NCBI GenBank assembly: GCA_002633005.1 | Contig: NMRA01000132.1 | Span: 740,585 to 804,584 of the forward strand | DNA: 64,000 nt | Source: Phoronis australis | Lineage: Eukaryota; Animalia; Phoronida | Reading direction: 5' to 3' | In this document: positions 39,401-52,225 of the stretch, piece after piece | Layout of the letters: each line of letters starts with the position of its first letter | Numbering within the stretch: position 1 is the stretch's first letter | The notes under the pieces: generated by a model | Databases searched by the model: none | The model's input: the letters and a program-made list of their open reading frames with translations, nothing else | What the model was told of the DNA's origin: nothing | Program-made: the position numbers and the translations under genes

Positions 39401-42400
39401 GTACCGTGTGTGCAACGGAGTTTGCGCTATCCAGGTACAGTAATTGTACACTGATATGTATGCATTTATTTGCGAATGTATACGTACGTATATGCTTATA
39501 TAAGAAAAACGTAACGATAAGTACCAGCATCAAATTAAAAGTATGACCCTATTCTCTTTCCAGTGGAATCTTGTCTGCAACCATGCCTATTTGGCCAACC
39601 TCGCTACGACTATTTACTTCGCAGGTGTGATGGTTGGAGGGATCGTATTCGGGGCACTAGCTGACTACTACGGTCGTCGACCCATGCTGCTGATTACGTT
39701 GTATATTCCTATCGGCCTGGGTGCCTCTCTCTATTTCGTCCACAATTACGTCGTGTTTGTTGTTATTCGGTTTATAATGGGAGCTTTTCTGCAGGTACGT
39801 AATGAACATGGCATAAAAAAAATGTTGGCACACTTTTAGAAGTAAAAAATTCAACATACAGTGAAATAAGTTTGAAACTGTGAGGTAGGCGAAAAATGCG
39901 GCAAACTCCGTACATTTTCAGTGGACGAAGTCTGTGATTTTACGCATAAGCAGTGACGTCATTATTCACTAGCGACACCTGGCACAATTAGCAAGTTTTA
40001 CTTCCGGCAAGTACGTCGTTTGCTAATTGTGGTCGGCTGTTGTGTGGTAGGGAATCAAAGTACTTTCGATACCCACAGTTCTGCTATGGGAGGACTTTGA
40101 ACAGCGTTTCAATGCCGAAATTATTGTTTTTTGTTCTACTGGACAGTAAAATAGATGCGAGAATTTCCCGTCACAGTACAGCCGGAAACTGAAATTGGTA
40201 ATTTAGGAGAGTGGCGCCTCTTCTAGGAACTGATAACTTGACTTATTCAGTGGCATGAATTATTTCTTCTCAGTTATCAGAAATGTCGCCACCGAGTTAG
40301 GATTGCTGTTGACCCTATAGAATTTTCGGGCCAATTGTCACAATGTAAGTTGATTCAGTGGAATATTCCAGCTTCGGTGATGGAAAGTTTCACCTAAAAG
40401 ACACCCCACAATATAAACATTCGCAAGTTTAAGCTCGGCAGTAAGAACAGTCGGCAATATAGTCAATAGTGCCGTTTACACTTACAAAGTTGACACGAAT
40501 CAGCTGACACGGAACAAGTTGTTCCAATGTGTAAACGGACTGACACGGCGCAAATTGACACCGCTGTGGCAAATTTTTGCCACCCGTTTGTGTGGAGTAA
40601 TTTGCGCCCGAACATCTTGCGCCGTGTCAATTACTATAAGTCTGAACGCGAAATTGGAGTAAGGCGGAAAGGATCATCTCTACTACGCTTGTGCAATGAC
40701 CTACATACGGGTTCTTTGTCTCTGTAACTGTCGTCGTTTGTAAACCTGCGCATGTGTGATATAGTCTCTCCAGCCTTTAATTTCCGTCTTGCCACGGTTA
40801 GTGAGTTGTGTGTGTAAACGGCCGCTTGTCACGGATCAATTTGCTCCGTGTCAGTTGCGCCGGGCCAAAAGATGATGTCTAAACGGGACTAATGTGAGGT
40901 TAACATAATGAATCGATATTTCCGATGCAACCCAGATAATGCACACGATCAACACAGCATTTGTAAAATGGTTTCTATTACCGTAAAACCTCGTAACTGA
41001 GCGCATGCGCCTAATTTTGGAGATGAGCATAATTGTTGAGGTAAGGCACATGAACCTGTATGCGGGACAGAGCAGAAAAATCATTTGCGAAACCTAACAG
41101 GTTACACACTTCCACTGCATGCGATCCCACCGTACAAGGATACCCAGACATCTCTGACCGTGTATAAAACTCCTCTCCGGGACGCTATTCCTGCGTTAAG
41201 GACATATATTCTGCCTCACTTCTCGCCAGGCTGGGAATGATGTGCAGGGATAAGGCGAATGAAAACACCCTTAAGAAAGGAATAGCTTCCTAGATCTACG
41301 CGCGGACACGGAAGTCTGTGTGTTCTGGAGTAATGTATTGTTCGCTTTCTTAGGTGGCTGTGACACCGTATACCCTGGTGACAACTGTACCTAATGTCAA
41401 ACATTTGAAACGTTTCAGAAATCCATGGAAATTTTGCGGCGTCCTTCATTTTCTTCATTAATCAGATCAGTCAAGCAAATCACCTTTCAGACAGGTTAAG
41501 AACGCTCCCCAAAAGCCGTTCGTTGTTTCGGGATATTACATAAACCGTGGAGGGCACAGAAAAGGAAATTTTCGGTACGAAAGGAACTGGAAATGATAAC
41601 ACATTATAATTCTTGAGGCAGTAAAAAAAACTTGCACAATTGAACGTTTTACTGTACGTAAAATCATCCTGCCTACTAGTAATTCAGTACGCCATGAATA
41701 CAAAGCAAAGAACAGGAAAAATTTAGCCTGGCCTTATACCCGAAGTAACGTTACACTTTAAAAAAGGTCTTCAGAAAATGCATTACTTCGCCTATGAGTC
41801 CATTGGCTTTTAGCCCATAAGCGTTGAATAAGTTGAGTGCAATACGGCCACGCGATAATGTTTTCCGTATTGCACTCTCGGGATTACTTTAACAGTGCCC
41901 TCTGACATGGAAAGTTCAAAATGTAGGTCAATGTCGACTCGACAATGGCACAGGCAGACGAATTTTCCCGATGACTCATAACCACATCAGAAACTTGTTT
42001 TATTGGTAGTGAGTGACGTCAGTGGTGATCGAGGAACTCCAGCGCCTGTGGACGTCGGTAGCTGGTTCGATCATCAAACTTTCCCAAATTAGTTTAAAGT
42101 AATAAAATTGAAGCAGTATAAATAACACTCAACATGCAATCAGGCCCCAAAAATAACACCTGGTACAAATTTTTTAATTATATCAATGACACTTCTGTCT
42201 CAGTTTTATTTGCTAAATATTATTTCGTCTGCAACTCAGGCGTCGATTCCTCGGTAACCCCAATGTTACTCGAAAATGTTCCGGGTATCGACCTCAACCT
42301 TTGATACTCGGAATAAAGTCTGGTGGGATATTACTTCATCTAAGCGGCCACTCTTCGGATTATCACTTCACCCTTCGCGATTATGCAATATGCATGATCG

Positions 42401-45400
42401 CTAGATTGGAATAAAATGAAGTTAAACAGAACAAGTTTTAATAAGAGCGAGTCCTATTCATGCATAAAAACAAAAACACATATACAGGATAATTCTCCCG
42501 AAACAGGTCTCAAACTTTTGCTAATATTGTTTTCGAACAAAGATAAGAACTTCAGACTTTGCAGACTGTCAATTTGCTTGTTGTATTTAGTCCAATGAAA
42601 CACGGGGTAGTCATAAATAACGTTTGTAAAGCTGGGGCCCCTTTCAAGTACTTAGCTATGCCAATTTTAAGTTGTCTTAAATCCGTTCAAAGAAAATGAT
42701 TGAGTGTGAAAGCTTCAAAGTTTGGAGGTTGAGGCAAATCTTAGACTTGAGTAAAAATGACCTCAAACTCGTGTCTTGGAACGGGGCTATAGTCTGTTTG
42801 AGCTGACAAGAAAGTAATTGAAAGAAAAGTCTTTCAACAATTTAAACCCTGTTACAGCAGGTGCTGGAAATGTCCCCCCACATAATTTGAGCACAACTGG
42901 ATGCGCCTTTCCATATTGAAAACTGTGCTGCGTCGAGCGTGAAATTAACGCAAAAACAAGCCACATTGAATAATCTTTTCGCAACGCGTGCCACAGCGTT
43001 TGCTGGCAATAGAACTGTGCAGGCCTGTACAAAGTTTCGGTTTTTAACTCAAGAAGAAATATGGAGTCTGTTTCGGGAAAATCGCCCTGTAATAAACTCG
43101 TATCCAGTCACATATTACTAAATCCAAACTGGTGACTTTTTATGTATGAAAACAGTGTGCGATTTTGTTAGTCGCTCAGATTAAACTTTCCCAGGGCGTA
43201 TGATGACCCAAACTCGCAAAACATAAATCCGTTAAAGGCTTTCTTTTTGAATTCTGTTGCGTAACGCGAGTGATTTTAGGGTAGATACTGTTGGCGATAA
43301 GAGGTAGCGATCAGATCGAAAAACGACGGCATCAGCGAAAGGGTGACACTGTTCTCATGGGCGGATCCATGATTTTGAGATGTGGGGGGAGACAGGGCTG
43401 CGTATTAGCCAGGATTTTGCCCGTCAAACACTCGAATTCCCGAACTGCTAAATGGAATGTGAGAGAATTTTTGGGGTCTACGACCCACTTGCCACCTCCA
43501 CAGTACGTGTTTTTGTTGTTTTCCAGGGACTCGAGATCTCATCGTTTGTCCTGGTGATGGAGTTGTTCCAACCTAGACAGAGGACAGTTGTAGGATGCGT
43601 CATCATGCTGAGCTACGCTTTCGGAAACATGTGGATATCTCTGCTCAGCCATTTATTGAAAAACTGGCACTACATTCAACTGGCAATCTCGCTTCCAACT
43701 CTCTTGATGCTGTGCCAGATATGGTAAAATGTCCATTTCTAAGCCAACGAGTGGCTCGCATGTTTTACTAATGCCATGTTAACTTTCATGGCCACTTCAA
43801 CCCCTTGTGTAAGAAGTCAAGTGTATCGATACATCTGATGCGCGTTTAGTCTAGTTGAGCACTCAACACAATTTGAAATAGTCACCCAAACGAAAGATCT
43901 TTAGCTGCTCTACAGTATATTTGCAAAACACATTTTTCTAGTGCCAGGGGGGACAATTGGGCTCTATGCATACTCAGATGCTAGACGCTATCTGTGTTTT
44001 TAGTTCTCTAAATATTAACACAATACATTGTTGTAATAATATAAGAACTTAGGCGTAATATAAGACCAGAATGTATTTATGTTCAGTACATGATAAATCC
44101 CATCGCATCCAATTTCTTATATTATCACAGTATAGTTGTACTGTGCTAGTATTTCGAGAGGTAATATCACAGATAACATCCGGGTATGTGCAAGGCCAAA
44201 CTGTTCCACCGTCGACTATAAAGAGGTGATGCAATAATTAGATTTTCTTAGACTTTTGATTTTTATAGAGCTTTCATTTGGTATAAAACGTATCGTCTTG
44301 CAATTTGCTTTGGGTTATGCCACATTTGTGCTGAAATCATCTAATCCTAATAATTCCGATCTCATTCGCACTTCAAATCTCTAAACTTCATCTAAATGCC
44401 ATGCTCTTACTATTTTCCTATTCACCTGTTCTCTTGTACCGCCATAAGTAAAACATGTTTAAACTCCTTTTTTATATAGGATCGTGCCAGAGTCTCCTCG
44501 TTGGCTTCTTGCAAACCGAAGATTTCCGGAGTTAAGAGCAATTTGTCGAAGAATTGCAAAATTCAACAAAAAAGACTTACCTGAGCAGCTGTTAACAGAG
44601 CAGAAAGCTGTACTTCTGCAACATGAGAAAGAAATTGAAGTAACCGAGAGCCGGTCCAAAACGTATACTTTAGTGGACCTCTTCAGAACTCCGCGACTGC
44701 GGAAGAGGTCTGCAATATTGTTCTTCATATGGTGAGTTCAAGAAAACGTGTATAATTTGTCGCTCAATGGGTGCCGACAGTGACAGTATGGAAGGCTTGA
44801 TGAAATGAACACAGTGCTTGTTTTTCTCTAAAAGACCAGTACAGCTGGCTTAATAAACAGGGAGGGAGTGAGAGAGGCTGAGAAACAGGAAGACAGCTGG
44901 TGGAGGGGGGGGGGGGGAAGGAAGTATTTGCAATTTTTAACATAGAATTTAACTGAGTTCCTCCCAAGGAGCAATCTTAGTAGACTACTTTCCGCTATAT
45001 AATTCCTTTGTTAAGATGAGATTTTGAAGGACCAACAATTCGAAATGCATTGAGGCCATGCTCAGCATGTAAATTGACACGCCTTGACAAGCCAAGTTGT
45101 AAAGCTTGGTCTCAAACATTTCAAAGGCATGAAATTAACCTTTAATTTGATTTAGGAACAATTTGAGGTCAATTTCATAAAGTTAAGTGATCCAAATCAA
45201 GTTTTGTGGTGGAAGGCCGGTTGAAAGCCGATTTAAGGAAACTTTCAAAAGCGTGAACCCACTTCATTGTAAATCAGCGAAATCTCAGTAAGCAACCTAT
45301 AGGAGTCAACGGTTTCGAGATTGGCATGCGTAACGCATGCGCAGTGGCGTAGTAGAGAGCTGGTTAGTTATCCTCGTTCCTATGAACCTTCAAAGGGTTC

Positions 45401-48400
45401 TTAAACTAATACATTTCTGTGCATTGAAAGGTGCTTAATCCACGCGTTTTTTGCTTAATCTTTTAGTCCATAAACAATCATCGTTCTGCTCTTATTCCAC
45501 GCGCGTAGTTTTACTTAATCAACGCGTACATTTTAATAAGGTCATCTAGGTCAATCACGCCCGTGCTCTCAAGTCTCAAAATAGCGGAAGACTTTGGGTG
45601 CAAGGCAACTTTTGAAGAATGTTGCAGATTCTTGTCAAATAACCACGTAAATGATAGCGGCCCGGTACACACTGAATGTAAACTTGTCTTTGATTGGATA
45701 TAACGAATAACTAATTCAGCGCGTTGATTAAGTAAAACTACGCATTGATTAAACAAAAATGCGCGTTGAATAAGACCAGAACTACGATCGCTTAAGAACT
45801 AAAAGTACGCGTTGATTAAGCAAAACTATGCGTTGATTAAGCTCATGTCAACGCGCAGAAAGGCACTCGTTCAAGAACCCTTTGGCGTTTCATACTTTCC
45901 AGGCTCCAGCGCTCAGTCGGCTTCGTGCAAGCTGAAAACACAGTCAAGTTCCTGACTGTATTAACTTCCTTATTTGGAAAGTCACATTTCTTGTCGCTAC
46001 ATTACTGCACATTACTACGAAGTACACCAGGGGACTTTCATTGCGACAGTGAGATTCTAAATGAGTTGCAACAAACCCTTCTGCAGACATCAACATGAAA
46101 TCAAAACAAAACCGAAAGAGAATTATTGTGAGCAAAGAGGGTACCAATCTGTGCCCTTGTTGGGAGGGCCAACATTCGCCACAATCAGTCATGATTCAGA
46201 AGAAATCGGAGCCGTTTAGTAAACATGAACCTGGTTTTTACATTGCGCTCTACGGAGACCCGGCAATAAAATGCAGATTTCTCTTGAAATAACATGTAAA
46301 CAGGGCAGTCCCGAATTAGACAGTGATAGAACTCTCTTTTGACTCGGAGATAAGAAAGCGCGTGACCTGTCATTGATGTAGGGAAGGTGAAGAATTTCAA
46401 ATTATTCTTCCACGGGTATTTGTCCACGTTATAAAACCTTTTCGCGTTAGAGTTGCAACCCACAACAAAGCAGCAATATTTCGTTGGCATTGGAATGATA
46501 AATAGTGTTATGCAACATAGAAAAATTTGTAAAGAATCAGACAATTACAAATAACATGTGAAACTCCGGTGGCACGAAAACGAGGCAACAAATATGCCTG
46601 ACGGATGTTTAAGGCATTGTGGGTAAACACAGCGATATTCGAGTGTCGCTGTGTATTCCGGGACGGCCCTATTGCGAAAACAACGCTCGATAATACATTT
46701 ATGGCACCAGTATGCGAAAGCTGCAGAAACTTTCAGACTATTCATAAGCCTAGCTTTTGTCCCTCCAATCTCGGTCTGCTGGTTAAACGATGTCGGAGTG
46801 ATCAGTGATGGAAAAATATGCGATAATAACGATGCCAGGGGTTGACATAATTTGCAAACTTGTATAATTNAGTGCGTACGCGTCCAGTAGCACTTTGAGC
46901 GCGTGCTCGGATTTGTGCGTGGCGACCTCGTTCGTGGTGACATTATTTTTACCAGGTCGTCAAGCACAAATTTGAGGTCGCTATAAATACTTAGAAAGTT
47001 GTTTAAGAAATTTGATCCTTGGTTACGAGGTAGTACAGATAAAAGTGCCTAGAGCATAGGATTAAGGCCCATGAACAACAAGGGCATTAGTTAATTCACA
47101 CTCAGCTTACAATGTGATGAATAATTTAAGGAAATTCGAAAACCTGAAGTGAATGCATTGTGATCATTCTTAGAATCATTGACGAATTACCATTGTTATG
47201 GATTGTTTTGGTAATTAGGTATCTTGAACAATTTTCAGTTAATTGATATTAATTAATTATTGTGATGTAAAAAAACAAACTGGAGATTGCTGAAACATAA
47301 GTGGCCGGATCGTACTGCAGACCACTTTGAACTCAAAAAATCATCTTTGTGGAGGATTAAATTGGGGAAATGTTGAGATTAGTTCGTTGATGATCTTGCA
47401 AAGAAATTCCAAACTGACAAACTATTTGGAAAAACAAATTTATTCAACACAAGAAAATTACAAATCAATGACTGTTTTTAAATTACTTTTTATGTGGATT
47501 TTGATTACAGGTTTGTGATGAATCTAGGCTATTATGGACTTTCGTTCAACATAAGTGCATTGGCCGGCAATAAGTATTTAAACTTCTTCATCGGGGCCCT
47601 TATAGAAGTTCCTGCCTATGGTGTAGCGTCGGTTACAACTTTAAAGTAAGAGCCAAGTCTTGTCGCACATGTTATGTTTACTTGGTTGCTAGGTCGGCTT
47701 AGATTGTCACTGATCGGAAATGATTTCCGTACTATCTAGCTCACCGAGGTGGTCAATCTTCCCCGCAGAGAGTGATCGCAAACCGTGTGCTCTGCTTTTA
47801 CCCACCGTTGGTCACGATTCACGCATAAATCATGGCACCGGGCTGAATCGCCCTCGGGTATTCACCTCAAAGATTGGCTCTATTTGCAATATAGTGCGAA
47901 ATTTGAGTTTATTGGTTATGGTTTACAATCTACAAATTGTCACCCAGGAGGCGATTCGGTTGTGCCTGTTTCAAACTACAGGTTGTGAGAATAAGACGAT
48001 CTTTCATAACCGATGACCGATTATAATCGATAATTAACGAAGGAGGCTGCTATTATAAAAATAATAGACTGGGTCCATCGTTGCCAAAAATTAAGTTTTC
48101 TTCACTCAAAGTCTCCAGGGTCGTAGAAACGTATTTTTGTACACAGAAATAAGACATGGATGTAAAATGGCGCCAGTTGTCACTAGACTTATATGACTAT
48201 CCTCGAAAAATGATTATTACCACCGTGTCTACTAATCCGTCGAGGTGCACGGTGCGAGGTGACGCATTTTCAGAATTTTAGATGGAGTGCGCATGCTCGA
48301 CCGAGGCACTGCCGGGATCGAATATTCAATAACTGTCTCGCGGCAAGAAAAATCTGACCAACTCGCTTCCTCTCATTGAAAATACACGGAGATATCTCAC

Positions 48401-51392
48401 GAAATGTCACGAGACCTTGCTTCTCCACTGAGACACTAGCGTTACTGAACTCGACCCAGACTTTAAGGTAAACTTCCTGCGCCCTCTTGTTTCAAGAAAG
48501 AAAACTTTTGCCAGTGACAAAATGGCGACTCATCGGCATGTGGGTATTATATCGTATTGCTAATGCAACAACACTGATCATGCCACTCCCGCGATATCTT
48601 AAAACATGGCAAAAATTTGGCATTTCTATTTGTGAGCCAATTTTTAACTTTGTGTCATATTTTGGTTTCACGAGATCATCAGTCCCTCACAAAACCTTTG
48701 TCTTGCTAGTCGTGCCTCAGTCATTCACACTTTCTGACTCAAGGCCGGAAATTAAATGGTTTGCGGTATTCGCGACGATTCTGTAACTTCTCGCGTGAAG
48801 TTTTAGAGCTTTTTTAGACTTTGCGACTAACGTGGTATTTTTATTTTTGGAACTCCCTCGCAATTGCAATTTGTCGCCAATAATGTCAGCTCACTGAGAA
48901 AGTGATTTTTGCCTGGCCATCTTGACTCACTCCTTTATGGATTCTCATTATTTTGTGCCGCGAATGGTGATGATCTGAACTGATGCAAGGGTTTGTGGAC
49001 TGTCTTATCTCCGTCATTTTAAATTTTATAACTTCTCATATTGCCTTTAATTCTATCTAGTATGTTTGTATGTTTGCGTATTTTGATTATAGTCAATAAA
49101 TTTCGTTGCCATCTGGTCCGTGTTAGTGTGATCCCGGGCCGTAAAATTGAGAATGTCAATGTCCTCCGAAATAAACCTTAAACGTATTATTGCCAGAACA
49201 GACGCTTTCGATATGAATGCTTCGCGTTTGACTTTATTTTATCACAAAAAAACAACTCAAATTCATGATTTGCACAATAGTCTTGTATTTTTAGCTGACG
49301 AGCGACGAATATTTTTTTACGAAACTGTATCACACTGGATTTAAAATGCTCCTTATTTTCGTTTTTACAATTTCAGATTGGGTCGAAGGCGCCCTCTATG
49401 TGCCTATTTAGTGATCGGCGGAGTCAGCTGCATTTTGTCTGGGAGCATTCCGTCCGTTACACGTGAGGCATTTTAAAGACATTAGTGCTTAAAACCATCA
49501 TTTACCTTGCTTTGACAAGTGACTACATTGTCAGCATCAGCAAATCTTTCTTTGTAGAACTGCATATCACAACCGTGAACTCAATATCTCAAAAAACACA
49601 CGATAAACTAGAAAAAAAACGACATTAAATTGAAAACCTTATAACTCCACTGACATGAATGTGGCGTGTGAACGTACCCAGCGCCAGTGTTTCATTTTCA
49701 TTGTACACACTTGTGCCATATCCACGCCTCTTATTACATAAGTTTCGTAAGAACAATTCTTTTTCATGAACACAATAATTTTACTAAAGAGCTGTTAGTA
49801 TTTCAGTTTCTTGTACGCGTTGAAATTATGCTGTACACAAATTTCTTTTCTTATGGACCCATCTTCCTGCGAACGGTGTTCTTTTCTCATCCACAATTCC
49901 CTACACCCTGTTACATCATGTGGTGCTGTGGCATTTCGTCGTAAAAAGATTCATAACAATTAATTAATGCCTGTTTCCTATTTTGCCAGATGAGGGTACC
50001 AACATCGAGTGGCTACGCACTTCATTTGCCCTCCTCGGCAGATTTGGAATGGCGTCCGTCGTTTGTGTCATGTTTCTTTACACCTCGGAGCTATTTCCCA
50101 CCGTAGTGAGGTAAGTAACGTGATTCGATTTTAGTCTAAAATCGTAATAGTATAATTTGTTTCGTTTTCGGATTTTGCTGGCGAAGAAGCAACTTGCCCC
50201 ACTTGTGACAACTTACTCCACCTTATCGAGGGAGGGTAACTTGTTCTAGGGCAGCTTGCGCCACTTCTATTTGCCGTGTGTGCCGTTGCGAACCCGTTCT
50301 TAATCGATTAAGGTTATAGAAGCGGTGATTGTCGCCAAGTTGCCTGGCTACTTTGTTCAAAAATACCACCTTAGATACGGTCGTGTAGCTTTCGAAAAAT
50401 TCTCTAAAATGACGTAGATAACATTCATTTAAAAAAACTTGGAAAAGGGATCCTTTACCAAAGTTCTGAGCTATCAAAGTGAACCATTTTGTGAGGGCTT
50501 ANAGTAACGACACAAGTTAGCTCGTAATAACTCGTGCGCCGGTAGCAATGGGTGTCGTAAAATGCGATTGTTTGAATTTGTCATCAGCGTATGGTATTTC
50601 TTTCATTTTAGAAACATTGGTGTTGGATGTTGTGCCTTTTTTACTCGCTTTGGTGGTGTGGTGGCTCCGCAGATATTAAATTTGGTAAGTACATTTCTGG
50701 ACTAATATGTTTCCAGTCCTTAAAATACTGTTGTCACATCTTTGCACTTATGTAACACTTTAATATTAAAAAGTTAAGCGAGGGTCACACTATGGGAACT
50801 GATTTCGCTGCGTTTTGAACCCTGCGTATTCACGTGTGCGGTAATGGAAACCTTACCATGAGCCGCAGGACACTTACCACGAAGTGGAATCCTTACCACT
50901 TCCACGAAGTTCTTAAAATGTCTCCACCACGTTGGCGGATATTCAGGACTCCCTCTACAGGCGAGACCAAAACCAGCATCGACGTGCTTATGAAGATAAT
51001 TTTCCTTCGAAAATTTTGGTTGCTTCCCTCCCCATGCAATTTTTAAAAGGTTCAATAACCCGGATGCGTGGCAAGTGTGCCTGAGATTAGAGGTCAAACG
51101 AGCGTATGTGAGTGATTTTTTTCAAGAGGTGTACCAGACATCATATGTGGCTTAATTTGTCCTTAACTGTATTATGATTTTTCAGAGATACGTTACCTAT
51201 CAAGAAATTCCAGTAATCATGATTGGTTGTCTCGCTCTTGTGGCAGCCTCTATTTCTCTCTTTCTGCCAGAGACAATGGGGCGACACCTGCCAGACACTA
51301 TAGAAGACGCAGAAAGTTTTGGTATCCATAGCAATATGGGAAAAGATAGAGAGGAGATCGTAATCGAAGAAAGCGCACAATCCATGTTATGA
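33402..51392 (+). CDS. SLC22-family (organic cation transporter-like, MFS) gene, 9 exons, ~543 aa
   Basis: Exons 33402-33731, 39564-39794, 43527-43723, 44480-44731, 47511-47645, 49377-49462, 49990-50110, 50612-50684 and 51186-51392. All introns are GT-AG with consistent phases (1632 nt in total). Motifs: TIVTEWNLVC, LADYYGRRP, MELF, VPESPRWL, DLFRTPRLRK, YYGLS, LGRR, YTSELFPTVVRN, LPETMG. Confidence 0.95.
35394..35780. mobile_element. Partial copy of the fold-back MITE found at 45381-45895
   Basis: Shares TATGAA..TCAAAGGGTTCTTAAAC, CTGCTCTTATTCCACGCGCGT and CAATCACGCCCGTGCTCTCAA with the 45.4 kb copy. Confidence 0.7.
36166..36850. repeat. ~100-bp direct repeats (36166-36270, 36746-36850) bracketing degenerate tandem units
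   Basis: GAGCA(A/G)GTTCAGCTAGTGCTTT..GTGATCTGAAATTTGTTGAGTT occurs twice. Internal recurring motifs CACCCATG..TGGTCA and TTTGCAT. Confidence 0.6.
38750..38818 (-). mobile_element. tRNA-derived SINE head or tRNA pseudogene (GCC anticodon-like)
   Basis: Minus strand reads GGGATTTGACTCAGCAGCAGAGCGTTCGGCTGCCAATGCGAAGGTAGAGGGTTCGATTTCGCGCTACAG. It has an A-box-like motif, an anticodon stem-loop and a GGTTCGA B box, but the acceptor stem does not pair. Confidence 0.6.
38830..39260. repeat. Degenerate (TATG)n/(TG)n microsatellite
   Basis: Directly visible; it accounts for the spurious MYVC/HTYI ORFs. Confidence 0.95.
40469..40890. mobile_element. Probable MITE with imperfect TIRs
   Basis: Left end AGTGCCGTTTACAC; right end GTCTAAACGGGACT. 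Internal CTGACACGG / CCGTGTCAG inverted motifs. Confidence 0.5.
45381..45895. mobile_element. Fold-back MITE with long imperfect TIRs
   Basis: Left end TATGAACCTTCAAAGGGTTCTTAAAC; right end GTTCAAGAACCCTTTGGCGTTTTCATA. Repeated TTAATCAACGCG / CGCGTTGATTAA subunits. Confidence 0.75.
46380..46500 (-). pseudogene. THAP zinc-finger N-terminal remnant (DNA transposon-derived)
   Basis: MPTKYCCFVVGCNSNAKRFYNVDKYPWKNNLKFFTFPT matches the THAP M-P-x-C-x-V-x-G-C...F-x-x-F-P pattern; the remainder is degraded. Confidence 0.65.
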
Positions 51393-51816
51393 ATCAAATC
51401 CATGACGTTGTTTAAATTGGACATAGAGAGGAGATCGTGATGGAAGAAAGCGCACAATCCATGTTATGAATCGAATCCATGACGTTGTTTAAATTGGACA
51501 TATTTTCTGCGACACAAATCACTTCGTGGAAGGTGAAATATGGCAAGCCTGTACATTTTGTAGGCTAGAGCACAAGCAAATGATACTCAACGAAATACGA
51601 ATTTGAGAGTCTGATATTTTACACCCTGATGGTGACTGCCCATAACGCTTAATTGGCGACTCTATCCTATTAGACAACCTACCAATATGTTACGAGTGTC
51701 TAAAACATTACAATTTGGGGCAACCAAATGTATCACTATTATAATTATCGTTCGCGTATGCTTAGTGTTGTGGCAACACAATCACTTTAAATTTCACGAA
51801 ACAGACCCCTGTCGTG

Positions 51817-51945
51817 CGTTCAGTAACGCTAGGACCAAGCTAAAATCTAACCAAAGTCACATGTTCTCATTTAAAATACACGACAATATATCACGTAATC
51901 TCGAGAAGTCTTGCTTTTTAGCGACGTCCTAGCGTTACTGAACGG
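51817..51945. mobile_element. Small MITE/hairpin with a 19-bp TIR
   Basis: CGTTCAGTAACGCTAGGAC ... GTCCTAGCGTTACTGAACG. A similar end occurs at ~48437. Confidence 0.7.
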
Positions 51946-51972
51946 GAGGCTGTGCTTAGAAAGAACCTTCTT

Positions 51973-52225
51973 GTTGGCTTGTCACTGCTGCTCTACAAGT
52001 TGGCTTGCCACTGCGGCTCTACTAGTTGGCTTGTCACTGCGGATCTACTAGTCGGCTTGTCACTGCTGCTCTACAAGTTGGCTTGTCACTGCTGCTCTAC
52101 AAGTTGGCTTGTCACTGCGGCTCCACCAGTTGGGTTGTCACTGCTGCTCTACAAGTTGGGTTGTCACTGCGGCTCTACAAGTTGGGTTGTCACTGCTGCT
52201 CTACAAGTTGGCTTGTCACCGCGGC
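51973..52225. repeat. 26-bp minisatellite GTTGGCTTGTCACTGCTGCTCTACAA, ~9.5 copies
   Basis: Directly visible tandem copies with no unique spacers. Confidence 0.95.

Noticed and set aside
38783-39533. ORFs rich in MYVC / HTYI
   Set aside because: Translations of the TATG microsatellite.
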